A stretch of DNA of 64,000 nucleotides from contig CAWGNS010000008.1 in NCBI GenBank assembly GCA_963824095.1, positions 1,231,200 to 1,295,199 of the forward strand, read 5' to 3'. Position 1 is the stretch's first letter, and each line of letters begins with the position of its first letter. This document shows positions 48,366 to 59,117 of the stretch, piece after piece. Both the position numbers and the translations under genes were made by a program. Source of the stretch: Terriglobia bacterium (GTDB taxonomy: Bacteria > Acidobacteriota > Terriglobia > Bryobacterales > UBA6623). The notes under the pieces were generated by a model. It worked only from the letters and a program-made list of their open reading frames with translations, was not told the DNA's origin and ran no database searches.

Positions 48366-49796
48366 ATGAGCCGATTCGGGTTGTTTCTCGGGATGTTGCT
48401 GCTGGCGGCGCTGTGCGCGGCGCAGACCAGCCAACCCAACCTCGCCGATTACCGCGTCTACACCAAGCATCCCCGCTTGTGGCTCGATGGCGGCCGCCTG
48501 GACCGCCTGCGCCGCGAGGTGGAGCGCGAAACCGACCGCTGGCGGCAACTCGAGACGCTGAGCAACAGCGGCGCAACGTTCCCTGAAGAACCGCTGTGGC
48601 TCGCGCTGCAGTTCCAGGTGACCGGCTCGCGCGAGGCGGGGCGCAAGGCCGTCGAATGGGCGCTGTCGCAGGCGCAGTCGGGCGGAGCGTTCCGCGACCC
48701 AGCCGACCTGCGCCTCGGCGCGGTGGTGTTCGACTGGTGCCACGAGCTGCTCTCGCCCGAGGAGGTCAGGCAGTTGGCCGCCCCGCTGGGAAGCGCGGCC
48801 CAGGCGATCGCCGCCGGCCACGGGCTCGAAACCGGCCCTGTGCGTAGCGCGGTGCTCGCGGCCGTGGCGGTGTCCGACGACTGGGATGGCGCCTCGCAGA
48901 CGCTGCTCGAGCTGATCGACGGCCGCTGGCGGGGCGAGATCGAACCCAAGCTGCTGCGCGGCGAGACGCCCGACCGCGCCGCCGAGCTGATGGCCATGCT
49001 CGAGATCTTCCACGCCGTGCGCTACAACCTGCAGCAGGACCTGTGGCGCGAGTCGGATGCGGTTTTCCGGCCGCTGCCGCGCGTCGAGATGCTGCGCTAC
49101 TATCCCACGCCGCTCGAAAGCGCGACCGGAGCGTTGCGCGAGCTGGCGGAGCCCTCCGCCCTCAAGCTCGACGCGAAAGCCGAAAGCGTGCCGGCGCGCA
49201 TCGCCGAGATGATGCTGGTCGCCTACGAAAGCACGCTCGAGGAATACCAGTTTCTGCAGGGCTGGATCCGCCACGACGGGTTCGTGCTGCGCGATCCCTA
49301 CGGCGCCGTCTATGAGTTCATCTGGATCAACCCCTACCTGCCGGGGCTGAGTTATTCGACTTCGCCGCTGGTGGCGCACGACCAAGTCCGCGGGCGGGTC
49401 TTCGCGCGCAAGGGTTGGGACGACGATGATCTCTGGGCCGGCTATCTCGATGGCGAGCTACAGGTCTCCGGCGACGGGCGGTTGATGGTCATCGGGCCGG
49501 AAAGCAATCAGGCGCCGCTGGAGTTTGCCGGCGCCGCGATCGTGCTGGCGCGGCTGCCGATGAAGTTCGAGGTCGAGGTGCCGCCGGCGATCGGCGGGCG
49601 CGAGGCGCGCGTGATCTATCTGGTCGGGCTGCGCGAGGGAACCAGCTACGATGTCAAAATCGACGGCTCGCACTTCCGCCCCTACGTCGCGGGCAAGGGC
49701 GGCATTGTCGTGATCCGCCACGAAGCCGGCGAGGGCCATCCCAACCTCGACCTGGAACACAAAGTCAAAGTCGAGGTACGGGCGTCGAAACACTAA
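48366..49796 (+). CDS. Exported hypothetical protein (helical N-domain, beta-rich C-domain)
   Basis: Signal peptide, HPRLWL start, long ORF with genome-typical codon use; no family recognised with confidence. Confidence 0.7.
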   Translation: MSRFGLFLGMLLLAALCAAQTSQPNLADYRVYTKHPRLWLDGGRLDRLRREVERETDRWRQLETLSNSGATFPEEPLWLALQFQVTGSREAGRKAVEWALSQAQSGGAFRDPADLRLGAVVFDWCHELLSPEEVRQLAAPLGSAAQAIAAGHGLETGPVRSAVLAAVAVSDDWDGASQTLLELIDGRWRGEIEPKLLRGETPDRAAELMAMLEIFHAVRYNLQQDLWRESDAVFRPLPRVEMLRYYPTPLESATGALRELAEPSALKLDAKAESVPARIAEMMLVAYESTLEEYQFLQGWIRHDGFVLRDPYGAVYEFIWINPYLPGLSYSTSPLVAHDQVRGRVFARKGWDDDDLWAGYLDGELQVSGDGRLMVIGPESNQAPLEFAGAAIVLARLPMKFEVEVPPAIGGREARVIYLVGLREGTSYDVKIDGSHFRPYVAGKGGIVVIRHEAGEGHPNLDLEHKVKVEVRASKH

Positions 49797-49964
49797 GGTG
49801 TATTTTGCCCTGGCTATCCAGCGGAGCGGGCCTCTGGCCAGCCCCATCCCCCGGCCTAGCCGGTACATTGGCGAAGCGGCCCTGTTTTAGGCGAAACTGA
49901 GCAGCAGGGGTTGGGGACACGGCCCGAGCCTGCCACGCGTCCGGTACGCCGCCCGAGGATCTGC

Positions 49965-50567
49965 ATGAAGTATTTGAAAATTCTTTCGCACCCGATTTTC
50001 ACGAGCCTCAGCTTCCACATGCCTATGGTCGTGGATCTCTCTCACCCATTGATCATGCTCGAGGGTGAAAACGGCTCCGGGAAATCGACGCTGCTGCACT
50101 CCATCTATCACGCCATGAAAGGCGAGCAGATCGACGGCTACGTCTATAACCTGCAGATGGAGGAGTCGCAGACCGGCAACGTGCTGCTGTTCGACGCCGA
50201 GCAGCACAATCCGCGCAACCATCCCGAGCTGTTCGACGAAGAGCCCGAGATGAAGGAGTTCGTCGAGTCCGCCAGCCACGGGCAGGTGATGCTGTCGCTG
50301 TTCCAGCAGACCTTTCCGGGCCTGGCTGACGGGACGATTCTGCTCCTCGACGAGCCCGAGATGGCGCTGTCGCAGTCCAACCAGCGGCGGATCGTCAAGA
50401 TGCTCAAGGAACTGGTCGACCAAAAGGGCTTTCGGATCATCGCGGCGACCCATTCGCCGCATCTGCTCGCCTCGCCCGAGACCTACGTCATTAACCTCGA
50501 TCGTCACGTCAACCGCAACGTCCTGCGCGACGATTTCGGCATCGAGGGCGCCAGCACGATTCACTGA
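49965..50567 (+). CDS. Stand-alone ABC-type ATPase (COG3910-like)
   Basis: GENGSGKS, SHGQ signature, LLLDEPE, ATHSP. Confidence 0.85.
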   Translation: MKYLKILSHPIFTSLSFHMPMVVDLSHPLIMLEGENGSGKSTLLHSIYHAMKGEQIDGYVYNLQMEESQTGNVLLFDAEQHNPRNHPELFDEEPEMKEFVESASHGQVMLSLFQQTFPGLADGTILLLDEPEMALSQSNQRRIVKMLKELVDQKGFRIIAATHSPHLLASPETYVINLDRHVNRNVLRDDFGIEGASTIH

Positions 50568-50592
50568 CCACGAGACCGGCACGATTGTGCCC

Positions 50593-50775
50593 GTAGCGCA
50601 GGGCTGGGTGCTTTTCCCAGACCTGCGGCATTTGCGATGCCTGTTGGTTTTTACCCGGCCGCCCTGCGGACGGGCCTGTGCCGATCCCGGCCTGTTAGCC
50701 CTTGTCTTCCTGATGCCTGGGTCTTCCCGATGCCTGAGAAAAACCGCAGGTCTGGGAAAACCAAGCCTGCGCTAC
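50593..50775. repeat. REPIN-like inverted doublet, GTAG family, copy 3
   Basis: GTAGCGCAGGGCTGGGTGCTTTTCCCAGACCTGCGG ... CCGCAGGTCTGGGAAAACCAAGCCTGCGCTAC; between convergent genes. Confidence 0.82.
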
Positions 50776-50794
50776 GCGTCGTGCCAGCGCGACA

Positions 50795-52276
50795 TCAAAG
50801 CTCCATCGCGGCGCAAACGTCGGCCGGAATCCGGCTTTCCTGGCTGCCGCGCGACAACAGTGAAATGCCGACGAAGGCGATCAGAGACACCAGCAGCGAA
50901 AAGCACCCCACGTTCATGCCGTAGGGCAACACGTAAGTATTGTGGCGGCCGAGTAGCTCCAAAGTGAAGTTGAGCATCAGGCTGAGAGCGATCGAACACA
51001 CGCAGGCGGCGCCGGTGGCGCGCTTCCAGTTGAGGCCTAGTCCGATGCTGGGCACGATCGCGGCGGCGAAGGTTCCCCACCCGAACGTGCCCAGCAAAGC
51101 GATCAGGTTTTCCATATAGAGCGCAAACAACGCGGAAGCCAGCAGCAGCGCCCCCGTCGCCGCCCGCGACCACATCAGTTGGCGGTCGAGCGGACGCCCT
51201 CGCAGCGCGATCGGAATGTCGTGGACGATCGCCGCGGCGCCAATGTTGAGAAAGCTGTCGGCGGTGGACATGATGGCCGCCAGCAGTCCCGCGAACACGA
51301 CGCCGGCCAGCAGCACGGGCGTGTAGTTGAGCAGGAATACCGGCGCCGCCAAATCCGCAGAGTCCAGCGGGGCGTGCTGGCCGGTTTCGACCAGGGTACG
51401 CATCGCCAGGCCGAGGCTCATCCACAGCAAGCTCAGCAGGGCGTAGCAGCAGCCGGTCAACAGCGCTCCCCAGCGCAGCGCGCGAACGTCGCGCAGCATC
51501 AGAAATTTCGTGATGGCGTGCGGCTGACCCACCGCTCCCAACGCGAACAGCAGAAACCAGCTCAGCGCCGTCAGCGGCCCCCGCGTTCCCCAGGGGCCGA
51601 TAAAAGCGGGGTCCATCTGCCACAGCGTGCGGCTGATGCCTGCCATGCCGCCGGCGGCGGTGATCGAATAGTAGGTGACCGCCAGCGACGCCACCAGCAT
51701 CAGCAGTCCCTGGAACAGGTCGGTGTAGACGCTGGCGAGCATGCCGCCGGCAACGGTATAGAAGGCCAGCACACCCAGGCCAATGGCCAGCGCCGGCAAC
51801 AGGTCGATGTTGAGCACCGCCACCAGCACCGCGCCGATGGCGAGGATCTGCGTGCCCAGGTAGCCCAGCACGCCCAAAATGATGGCCACCGCCATGAAGA
51901 AGCGCGGCCAGCGGCCGCCGTAGCGCGCTTCGGCCACATCGGGCAGCGTCAGAATCTCGCGCGCCGCCGAGAGCAGACTCATCCGCTTGCCCACCAGCAC
52001 CCAGATCAGCGGCATGCCGAAGGTGGCGGCAAAGGTCATCCACAGCGAGCTGGTTCCCGCTTCGTAGACCAGCCCGGGGCCGCCCACGAACCCAAAGCCG
52101 CTCATGATGCTCGACATCGTCGCCAGCACCACGACGACGATCCCGAGGCTGCGGCCGGCGACCAGAAAATCGGCGATGGTGTGGGTGCGCCGCATCGCCC
52201 ACACGCCGATCCCCAGACACATCAGCAGATAACCGCCGACACAGGCAAGGATGATCGGCGAATCCACAATCGGCAT
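50795..52276 (-). CDS. Sodium:solute symporter (SSS, PutP/PanF-like)
   Basis: DFLVAGRSLG, YTVAGG..ASVYTDLFQG, GQPH, AAIMSTADS; many TM helices. Confidence 0.9.
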   Translation of the reverse strand: MPIVDSPIILACVGGYLLMCLGIGVWAMRRTHTIADFLVAGRSLGIVVVVLATMSSIMSGFGFVGGPGLVYEAGTSSLWMTFAATFGMPLIWVLVGKRMSLLSAAREILTLPDVAEARYGGRWPRFFMAVAIILGVLGYLGTQILAIGAVLVAVLNIDLLPALAIGLGVLAFYTVAGGMLASVYTDLFQGLLMLVASLAVTYYSITAAGGMAGISRTLWQMDPAFIGPWGTRGPLTALSWFLLFALGAVGQPHAITKFLMLRDVRALRWGALLTGCCYALLSLLWMSLGLAMRTLVETGQHAPLDSADLAAPVFLLNYTPVLLAGVVFAGLLAAIMSTADSFLNIGAAAIVHDIPIALRGRPLDRQLMWSRAATGALLLASALFALYMENLIALLGTFGWGTFAAAIVPSIGLGLNWKRATGAACVCSIALSLMLNFTLELLGRHNTYVLPYGMNVGCFSLLVSLIAFVGISLLSRGSQESRIPADVCAAMEL

Positions 52277-52282
52277 CGAGGG

Positions 52283-52717
52283 CTACTCGTTACGTCCGAA
52301 CTCAGTGAGGAATTGTTGGAGCTTCTCCTCCGGCAGCACCGAGCGCCGGAATTCGACAGCGTAGAGCAGGCCCAACAGCGAGCCAAGCGGCCAGATGCCA
52401 TAGATGAGGAAGGCGGTCGGCACGGGCAGGCCGAGGAACAGGACCGGGACGGCCTCGGGATGGTAAGTCCAGACGATACCCAACAGGCAGGCGATATAGA
52501 GCAGAAACACGGCGCTCAGCGCGGCAACGGTGCCCGGGCGGCGGCACTGCGGGCCGTAGCCGATGGCGACGGCGAGAAACAGAACAAGCCAAGCCGCAAC
52601 ACCGAACCACAACCAATGATTGGAGAGCGCCAGCAGCAGGGCGATCAACGCGGCGCAGCACCAGGCCACGGCCAGGCGTTCCGCGGTGCGGTCGCGGCGC
52701 CCCGGCCCGGCGCTCAA
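52283..52717 (-). CDS. Small integral membrane protein preceding the SSS transporter
   Basis: About four hydrophobic segments; tightly spaced in the operon. Confidence 0.7.
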   Translation of the reverse strand: MSAGPGRRDRTAERLAVAWCCAALIALLLALSNHWLWFGVAAWLVLFLAVAIGYGPQCRRPGTVAALSAVFLLYIACLLGIVWTYHPEAVPVLFLGLPVPTAFLIYGIWPLGSLLGLLYAVEFRRSVLPEEKLQQFLTEFGRNE

Positions 52718-53686
52718 CTAGAAGGCCTCCCAGACGAACGCGTGGAAGCGGCGGATCGTCCGAAAGCCCACCTGCTCGTAAAGCTCGACCGCGGCGCTGT
52801 TGGAGGCGGTGACCGTAAGGCTGACCGCGCGGCAGGCGTGGTCATGGAAAGCGTCGACCGAGCGCCGCAGCAACTCGAAGCCGACGCCGCGGCCCTGCAT
52901 GCCGGGCGCCACCGCGATCTGAGTGATATGGCCGACATCGGCGCGCACCAGGCTGCCCAGGCAAATGCCGGCCATGCGCAGCGAAAGCTGATCGGCCGCG
53001 ACGATCGCCGCGGGCCGGTAGAATACGCCGCAGCCGGGGTGCTGCGTGGTGTTGAACAGGAAGCGGCGCGCTCCCGAGAAACTGCGGTACTGGTCGTTGA
53101 TCAGGCTATCGACGTGATCGCGGTACGACTGCGCCACCAGGTCGGCGGCGCTGTCGAGAAAGCGGTCGGACCAGATCTGGAACGACACGCCGCTGGCCGG
53201 CTTGCGGGCGATCGGAAACCCGCGCAGATCCTCGAGCACCATGAAGTTGCGTTCGAATACCGAAAGGTTGCGGCCGTAGATCGCTTCGTCGCGCGGGTTG
53301 AACGACAGCCCCAGCAACTGCCCCTCGACGCGCCTCACGTTCGGGAACACGACCGCCGACTTGATGGTGTTGTGCAACAGCACGCGCTCGGCGGTTTCGC
53401 AGCGATGCTCTTCGGCGATGAACAAATCGCCGACCAGCGCCTTGCGGCCCTCGTGCACGAAATAGCTGTAGCCCACCGGTCGGCCGTCCAGCAGCAGCGC
53501 AAAGCCGAACAGGCTGCGCATGTCGAGGAAGCGGCGGATGACATCGGCCGAGGCGGCGAAGTCCCACTGGAAGCGCTGCCCCCAATAGGCGCACTGTTCT
53601 TCGAGCAACGCGTCCAGGTCGCTGGCCCGAAAATCGCGGAGATCGGCCGTCAGAAAACCTTGTGGCTGTACGGGAGACGCCGCCAT
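52718..53686 (-). CDS. Tandem-domain GNAT acetyltransferase
   Basis: C-terminal IAVAPGMQGRGVG and N.AAVELYEQVGF; degenerate N-terminal GNAT. Confidence 0.85.
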   Translation of the reverse strand: MAASPVQPQGFLTADLRDFRASDLDALLEEQCAYWGQRFQWDFAASADVIRRFLDMRSLFGFALLLDGRPVGYSYFVHEGRKALVGDLFIAEEHRCETAERVLLHNTIKSAVVFPNVRRVEGQLLGLSFNPRDEAIYGRNLSVFERNFMVLEDLRGFPIARKPASGVSFQIWSDRFLDSAADLVAQSYRDHVDSLINDQYRSFSGARRFLFNTTQHPGCGVFYRPAAIVAADQLSLRMAGICLGSLVRADVGHITQIAVAPGMQGRGVGFELLRRSVDAFHDHACRAVSLTVTASNSAAVELYEQVGFRTIRRFHAFVWEAF

Positions 53687-53955
53687 CGCGACCGATTATA
53701 CCCTCGAAACGTTCATCGGAAGAAGATCTTTTCGCACATTAGGCTGCCGGCGACAGCAAATGGGGCCTGAAGAACACGATTTGGAAACAACCCTGGAGTA
53801 CCGGGGGCGCAACCACACAGCGGTTCCGCACTCGAGCCGGATGAGGCCCCCGCGCGCGCCGCCGCAGGCGACGCCGGATGGAAACATTGCCTGGCTTTAC
53901 ATTGCCTTGGCGGGCGGCCGATAATTGGCCACTGGAGGGCTGCACGGAGGCCCCC

Positions 53956-54624
53956 ATGAGGAGACCCGCTGCGATGCATTTCGCGATGGCAAAAGCGCCG
54001 GGGCTGTGCGGCGCACCGCGAAGTATTTGCGCCTGGATCACCAGTTGCGCGTTCTTGCTGGCCCCCGTCGTGTCGCCGGCGGCGCAAACCGCCGCGGCTC
54101 GCAAGCTGCAGATCGAAATCGTTCGCGGCAACCAAATGGTGCATCAGGACCGCGTGCCGCAAGGCAAGGACATCGTGGTCCGTGTGACCGATGACGAGGG
54201 CCACGCGATCGCCGGTGCGGCGGTGGTTTTCCAACTGCCCTCCGACGGCCCTGGCGGCGCCTTCCCCGAGGACAGCCGCTTCGCCACCGTGATGAGCGAT
54301 GCGGACGGACTGGCAACGGCCAAAGGGTTTCAGCCCAACACGCAGCCGGGCGAGTTCAAGGTGACGCTCACCGCATCCTACCGCGACTACCAATCGGCGA
54401 GCGCGGCCGCGCTGCAGACCAACGCCGAGGCGGTGGCGAAACCCGACGTCGCCACCGAGCACAAGGGCAACGGCCGCATGATCGCCATCGCGGTGGTGAT
54501 CGCCGGCGCGGTGGCCGGGCTTGCGGTCGGGCTGGGCGGCGGCAGCAAATCGAGCCCTGCGCCTCCCGCGCCTCCGCCGCCGGTGGTGATTACTCCCGGC
54601 ACGCCCACCTTTGGCGGCCCGTAG
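53956..54624 (+). CDS. Exported Ig-like (Big_1/invasin-type) protein with C-terminal Gly-rich TM anchor
   Basis: VRVTDDEG..IAGAAVVF, SDADGLA; C-terminal IAIAVVIAGAVAGLAVGLGGG and Pro-rich tail; start uncertain. Confidence 0.7.
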   Translation: MRRPAAMHFAMAKAPGLCGAPRSICAWITSCAFLLAPVVSPAAQTAAARKLQIEIVRGNQMVHQDRVPQGKDIVVRVTDDEGHAIAGAAVVFQLPSDGPGGAFPEDSRFATVMSDADGLATAKGFQPNTQPGEFKVTLTASYRDYQSASAAALQTNAEAVAKPDVATEHKGNGRMIAIAVVIAGAVAGLAVGLGGGSKSSPAPPAPPPPVVITPGTPTFGGP

Positions 54625-54835
54625 TTTGGAACGATCCCGTTGCCGCCGCCGGTGGGAAACGGGCGGTCCGCTGTCCTGGGTACGCCCGTTGCGGATGGCA
54701 CATCCAACGAACAGCTCCTGAGGAATTCAGGGCCGCCGGCGGACACCGCGCAAGGTAGGGGGTGAGCGGATCCACCGCGATTCGCGGGGCTGCGAAGCCG
54801 CGTTGTTTTCCATACCCATCTCCTGATCCTCTTCG

Positions 54836-57800
54836 ATGTCCACACAAGCCAGCCGCCGATTCCCTGGCGAAACGATGGCGGCCTGGTGCGTCGTGGCGGC
54901 GGCGCTGCTGCTGAATCTCTATTGGCTGGCCCCGCAATTGTCGATCTCGCGCGCCGACCTCAACGACAACGTGCTGCACTACGGCCTGGCCAATCGCACA
55001 GTCCAGGCGATTGAGCAAGGCGAGAATCCGTTCGATCACTGGGTTTCGGGGTGGACGCTCGGCTATCCGGTGCCGCGCACCTACCAGCCGCTGGGTTCGT
55101 TTTCGGTGGCGGCGCTCTACCTGGCTTTGGGCAAGAGCGTCTCGTTGTTGACGCTGTTCGTATGGGTGCGCTTCGTGCTGGTGCTGCTGTTTCCGCTCAC
55201 TGTCTATGGCGGCGCGCGGCTGATGGAGCTCGACCCGTTGCGCGCGGCCGGGGCCGCGTTGGCTGCGCCCCTGGTGGCCACCCATGGCCTCTATGGGCTC
55301 GAGCACGGCAGCTACGTCTGGCGCGGCAGCGGGCTCTACACCCAGGCCTGGGCAATGCACCTGCTGGTGCTGACGCTGGGTTTCGGCTATCGCGCATTTT
55401 CACGAGGCCGCGGCCGCACGCTCTGCGGCGCGCTGCTGGCACTCACTTTCCTGTTCCACTTCATCTACGGCTACATGGCGGCGCTGTCCTTGGTGCTGCT
55501 GGCGGCGCTCGATGTCGACCACACGCCGTGGCTGCGCCGCGCGGCGCGCCTGCTATGGATTGCGGCCGTGTCGATCGTGCTGACGGCGTCGTTTCTATTG
55601 CCGCTGTGGATCGACGAGCCGCTGATCAACCACAGCCGCTGGGAGCAGCCCTGGAAGTGGAACTCCTTCGGCTTTGTCGAAGTCGTTCGCCAACTGCTGA
55701 CCGGTGGCCTGCTCGACTACGGGCGGCCGCCAGTGTTGACGCTGCTTGCGGCGGGCGCGGTGGCGCTATGGGGCCTGTCTCTGGGGAGCAAGGCGCTGGG
55801 GGGGGACCCGCGCTGGCGGCCCGCCGTCGCCGAGCGGTGTGCGTTAACCCGGACTCCCCGCGGCGCGCTCTCCTTCCTCGTCTCCGGCGCCGGTCTGTGG
55901 CTTTTTCTCTTCTGCGGGCGGCAGAGCTGGGGCGGGCTGTTCACGCTGCTGGGCGCGAACCAGGACGCGCCGCTGCACCGTCTGATCGGCGGCTTCCATA
56001 TCTTCGCGATCCTGTTGTGCGGCGTCGCCCTCGGCAGCCTGTGGCACTGGTCCCGGCTCCGCGGCGGCCGGCGGGACCTGGCCGCCGCCGCCCTGGCCAC
56101 GCTCGTCGTGCTGTCGCCGGCGCTCATCGAGCGCAACGCCTTTCTGGCCCAAGGGGCCGTGTGGGGCCGCCAGAATCTCGCCGCCAACGCCGCCGAGGCG
56201 CAGGACATCGAGCAAACCATGGCCGAAGTCAAAGCGCGGCCCGGGCGAACCTTCGCCGGGCTGGCCGGAGACTGGGGGCGCGACTACAAGGTCGGCTCGG
56301 TCCCCGTGTTCGGTCTGCTCGCCACCCATCGCGAGCCGGCGCTGGGGATGCTCTACCACGCCATGGCGCTGACCGCCGACATCACGGTGCGGTTCAACGA
56401 ATGGCGGCCCGACCACTACCGGCTGTTCAACGTCAGTTCGGTGCTGGCGGAGCCCTCGCGCCGGGTGGCGAATTTCCTGGAGCCCGCCGGACACCACGGC
56501 CCCTTTCAGGTGTATCGGGCGCCGGGCGGCGGCTATTTCGACCTCGTGCGCGTGCCTTTTTCGGCGCGGGTCGACAAGCACACCTTCTACGACGTCACCG
56601 ACCCCTGGCTGCAAAGCGACTGGGTTGCGAAGCGCCAGCACATCCGCCTGGACTTTGCCGCCGAATGCGTTGCCGGAACTGCCGCGTCTGTCCTCGACCG
56701 CAGCGCTGCCGGCGGTGCCGCCGGCGCTAGGGCCTGGGCGAGATTCGCGACGAAACCCGCGACGGGGAGGTCTATGCGGCCAAGGTGAGCGTCGCCCAGG
56801 ACTGCTACCTGCTGTTCAAAATGACCTATCACCCCAACTGGCGCGTGCTAGTCAACGGTGAACCGCACGCAACCGTGGCGTTGACGCCGGGCATGTTGGG
56901 CGTAGCCGTGAACCCCGGCGAATATCGCATCGAATGCCGCTACGAGCCCGAGGTTTGGCGGACTCCGCTGCTGGCGGCGGGGCTGCTGGGCGGGCTACTG
57001 CTACTGCTCGGAGAACGCCGCGGCACGGCAGCCGCGTTCGAGGACAAAGGCTCCCGCTGGATTTCCGGCGGCTGGCAGGCGATTCCCGCGCCGGCGCGGC
57101 GGCGGCTGGCGGCCGCGGCCGGGCTGACGGCGCTGGCGCTGCCGGTCTGCCTGCCCTGGTTCACCCACCAAATGCTGCTGGGGCACGACTCCTACGAATA
57201 TCTGCCGCGACTGGTCGAGTTCCACGAGAACATTCGCCACGGCATTCTGATGCCACGCTGGGCGCCGGATCTGAGCCTGGGCAACGGACAGCCCTTCTTC
57301 GTGTTCAACCCTCCCGTCCTCTACTACCTTGCCGAAGTCTGGCTGCTCGCCGGCTTGGATCCGCTGACGGCCCTCAACCTGACCTGCGCCCTGCTGGTTT
57401 TGGCGGCTGGGGTGTCGATGTACCTGCTCGGAAGGTTCTGGTTTGGGACCTGGGGAGGCTGGCTCGCGGCAGCGGCCTACCTTTACGCGCCGTATTTTCA
57501 CGTCGACCTGTTCGTGCGCCACGCCCTGGCCGAGTTCGCGGCATTCCCGTTCTACCCGCTGGCGTTCTACGGATTCGCCCGCTACGGCCGCGACCGCGAT
57601 CGCCGTTTCCTGCTGTTGGGCGCGGCGGCCTACGCGGCCGTGATCGGGGTGCACCATCCAGCGGCGTTCTTGTTCTCACCGCTGTTGCTGGCCTTCGTGT
57701 TGTTCCAGACGCTGCAGCAAAAGTCCTGGCGGCTGTTGGCGGCCCAACTCGGCGCGCTGGCTCTGGCGTTGGGCCTGGGCGCCAGCGTCTGGGTGCCGGG

Positions 57801-58836
57801 GGTGTTCGAGCGCGGCTACGTGAAGCTCGACCGTCTGCTCCAGGGCTACCTGCAGTACACCAACCACTTCGTCTACCTGCAGCAACTCTTCGAGACCAAC
57901 TGGGGATATGGGATCTCGACGGCCGGTTACAACGACGGCATGTCGTTCTCGCTGGGCTGGAGCCAGGTGCTGCTGGCGGTGGTGGGATGGCTGGCGGTAT
58001 CGCGTTGCCTCCAGGGGGACGAACGCCGCCGGCAGCGCCGCTTGCTGGGGTTCCTGAGCATCTGCTGCGGCGTGTTCGCCGTGCTGATGCTGGCCGGATC
58101 GGAGTGGTTCTGGACGACCCTGCCTTTGATGAAATACGTCGAGTTCCCGTGGCGGATGCTAGCCCCGGCGTCGTTCTGCCTGGCCCTGCTGGCGGGCGCT
58201 GCGGCACGGGGCCTGGCGCAACTGCGGACTTGGCGCGGGCCGGCCGCCGCGGCCGCGATGGGCCTGCTGATCCTGCCCAACCTCAGCCACATCGCGCCTG
58301 CCGGCAACCAGACGGTGGATCTGGACGCCTGGGCGCCGCAGCAGATCGCACGGCGCGGCGTCAGCGTCACTACCCGCAACGAATACGAGCCCGCCGCGGC
58401 GCTAGCCCCGATCTACCACGAGGAAACGATGCGGACCGTAGCCGGCCGGGCCGAGGGCGAGCTGATTCGCCGCTCCCCGGTGCATTGGTCCGGCCCGATT
58501 CATGCCGTAATGAATAGTACGCTCGACGTCTCGTGTTTCTTCTTTCCGGGCTGGCAAGCGTCCGTGGACGGCGTTGAAGCGCCCCTGGTGGCCGCCCCTG
58601 GCAGTGGATTGATACAACTGACGATTCCGGCCGGGCAGCGCCGCCTGGAGCTCCATTTCGGCCGCACCGCGGTGCGCGCGACCGCCGACGCCGTCAGCCT
58701 GCTGTCGCTGCTGATTTTCGCCGCGCTCTGGGTCCGTTCGAGGCGTCGGTCGCCCGGCAAATGGGCCGCCAGCAAGGCGAAAAACGTCGCTGCAGCCACG
58801 GAAGCCACAGAAGTGGAAGGCAAATACCAGAATTAG
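54836..58836 (+). CDS. Internally duplicated GT-C membrane protein (two 'PTPS-related'/YfhO-like modules); probably one gene with frameshifts at ~56650 and ~56730
   Basis: Module 1: D...H..., W..GYP...YQP; module 2: GHD..., RWAPDL..G.GQP.F.F.PP. Each ends in a YfhO-like tail (TYHPNWRVLVNG / FFPGWQASVDG). Bridging frames LPELPRLSSTAALPAVPP and GLGEIRDETRDGEVYAAK join the two ORFs. Confidence 0.72.
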
Positions 58837-59117
58837 AGAACAAGCATTCTGGCAGGCGTTTTTCGTACCATTTTTTGGGTCTAAGGTCGGAGTTAGGGTT
58901 TTCAGCTTAAGAGACTTGGCGTATACTAGTCTACTGCGTTCGCTCACCGGTGTTTCGCCGGTGCCATAGTTCGTTAAGTTCCGGCGCGGATTTAACAATC
59001 CCCCCAAAATCCAAGCCTGAAAAAGGGTCTTTTCGGGAAGCGGCAAAGACGCCGTAAAGGGCCCTGGGCGGATGTGTGTCGAAGGGCGGGTTCGGGCGTG
59101 AACCCGTGGAGGAGCGG

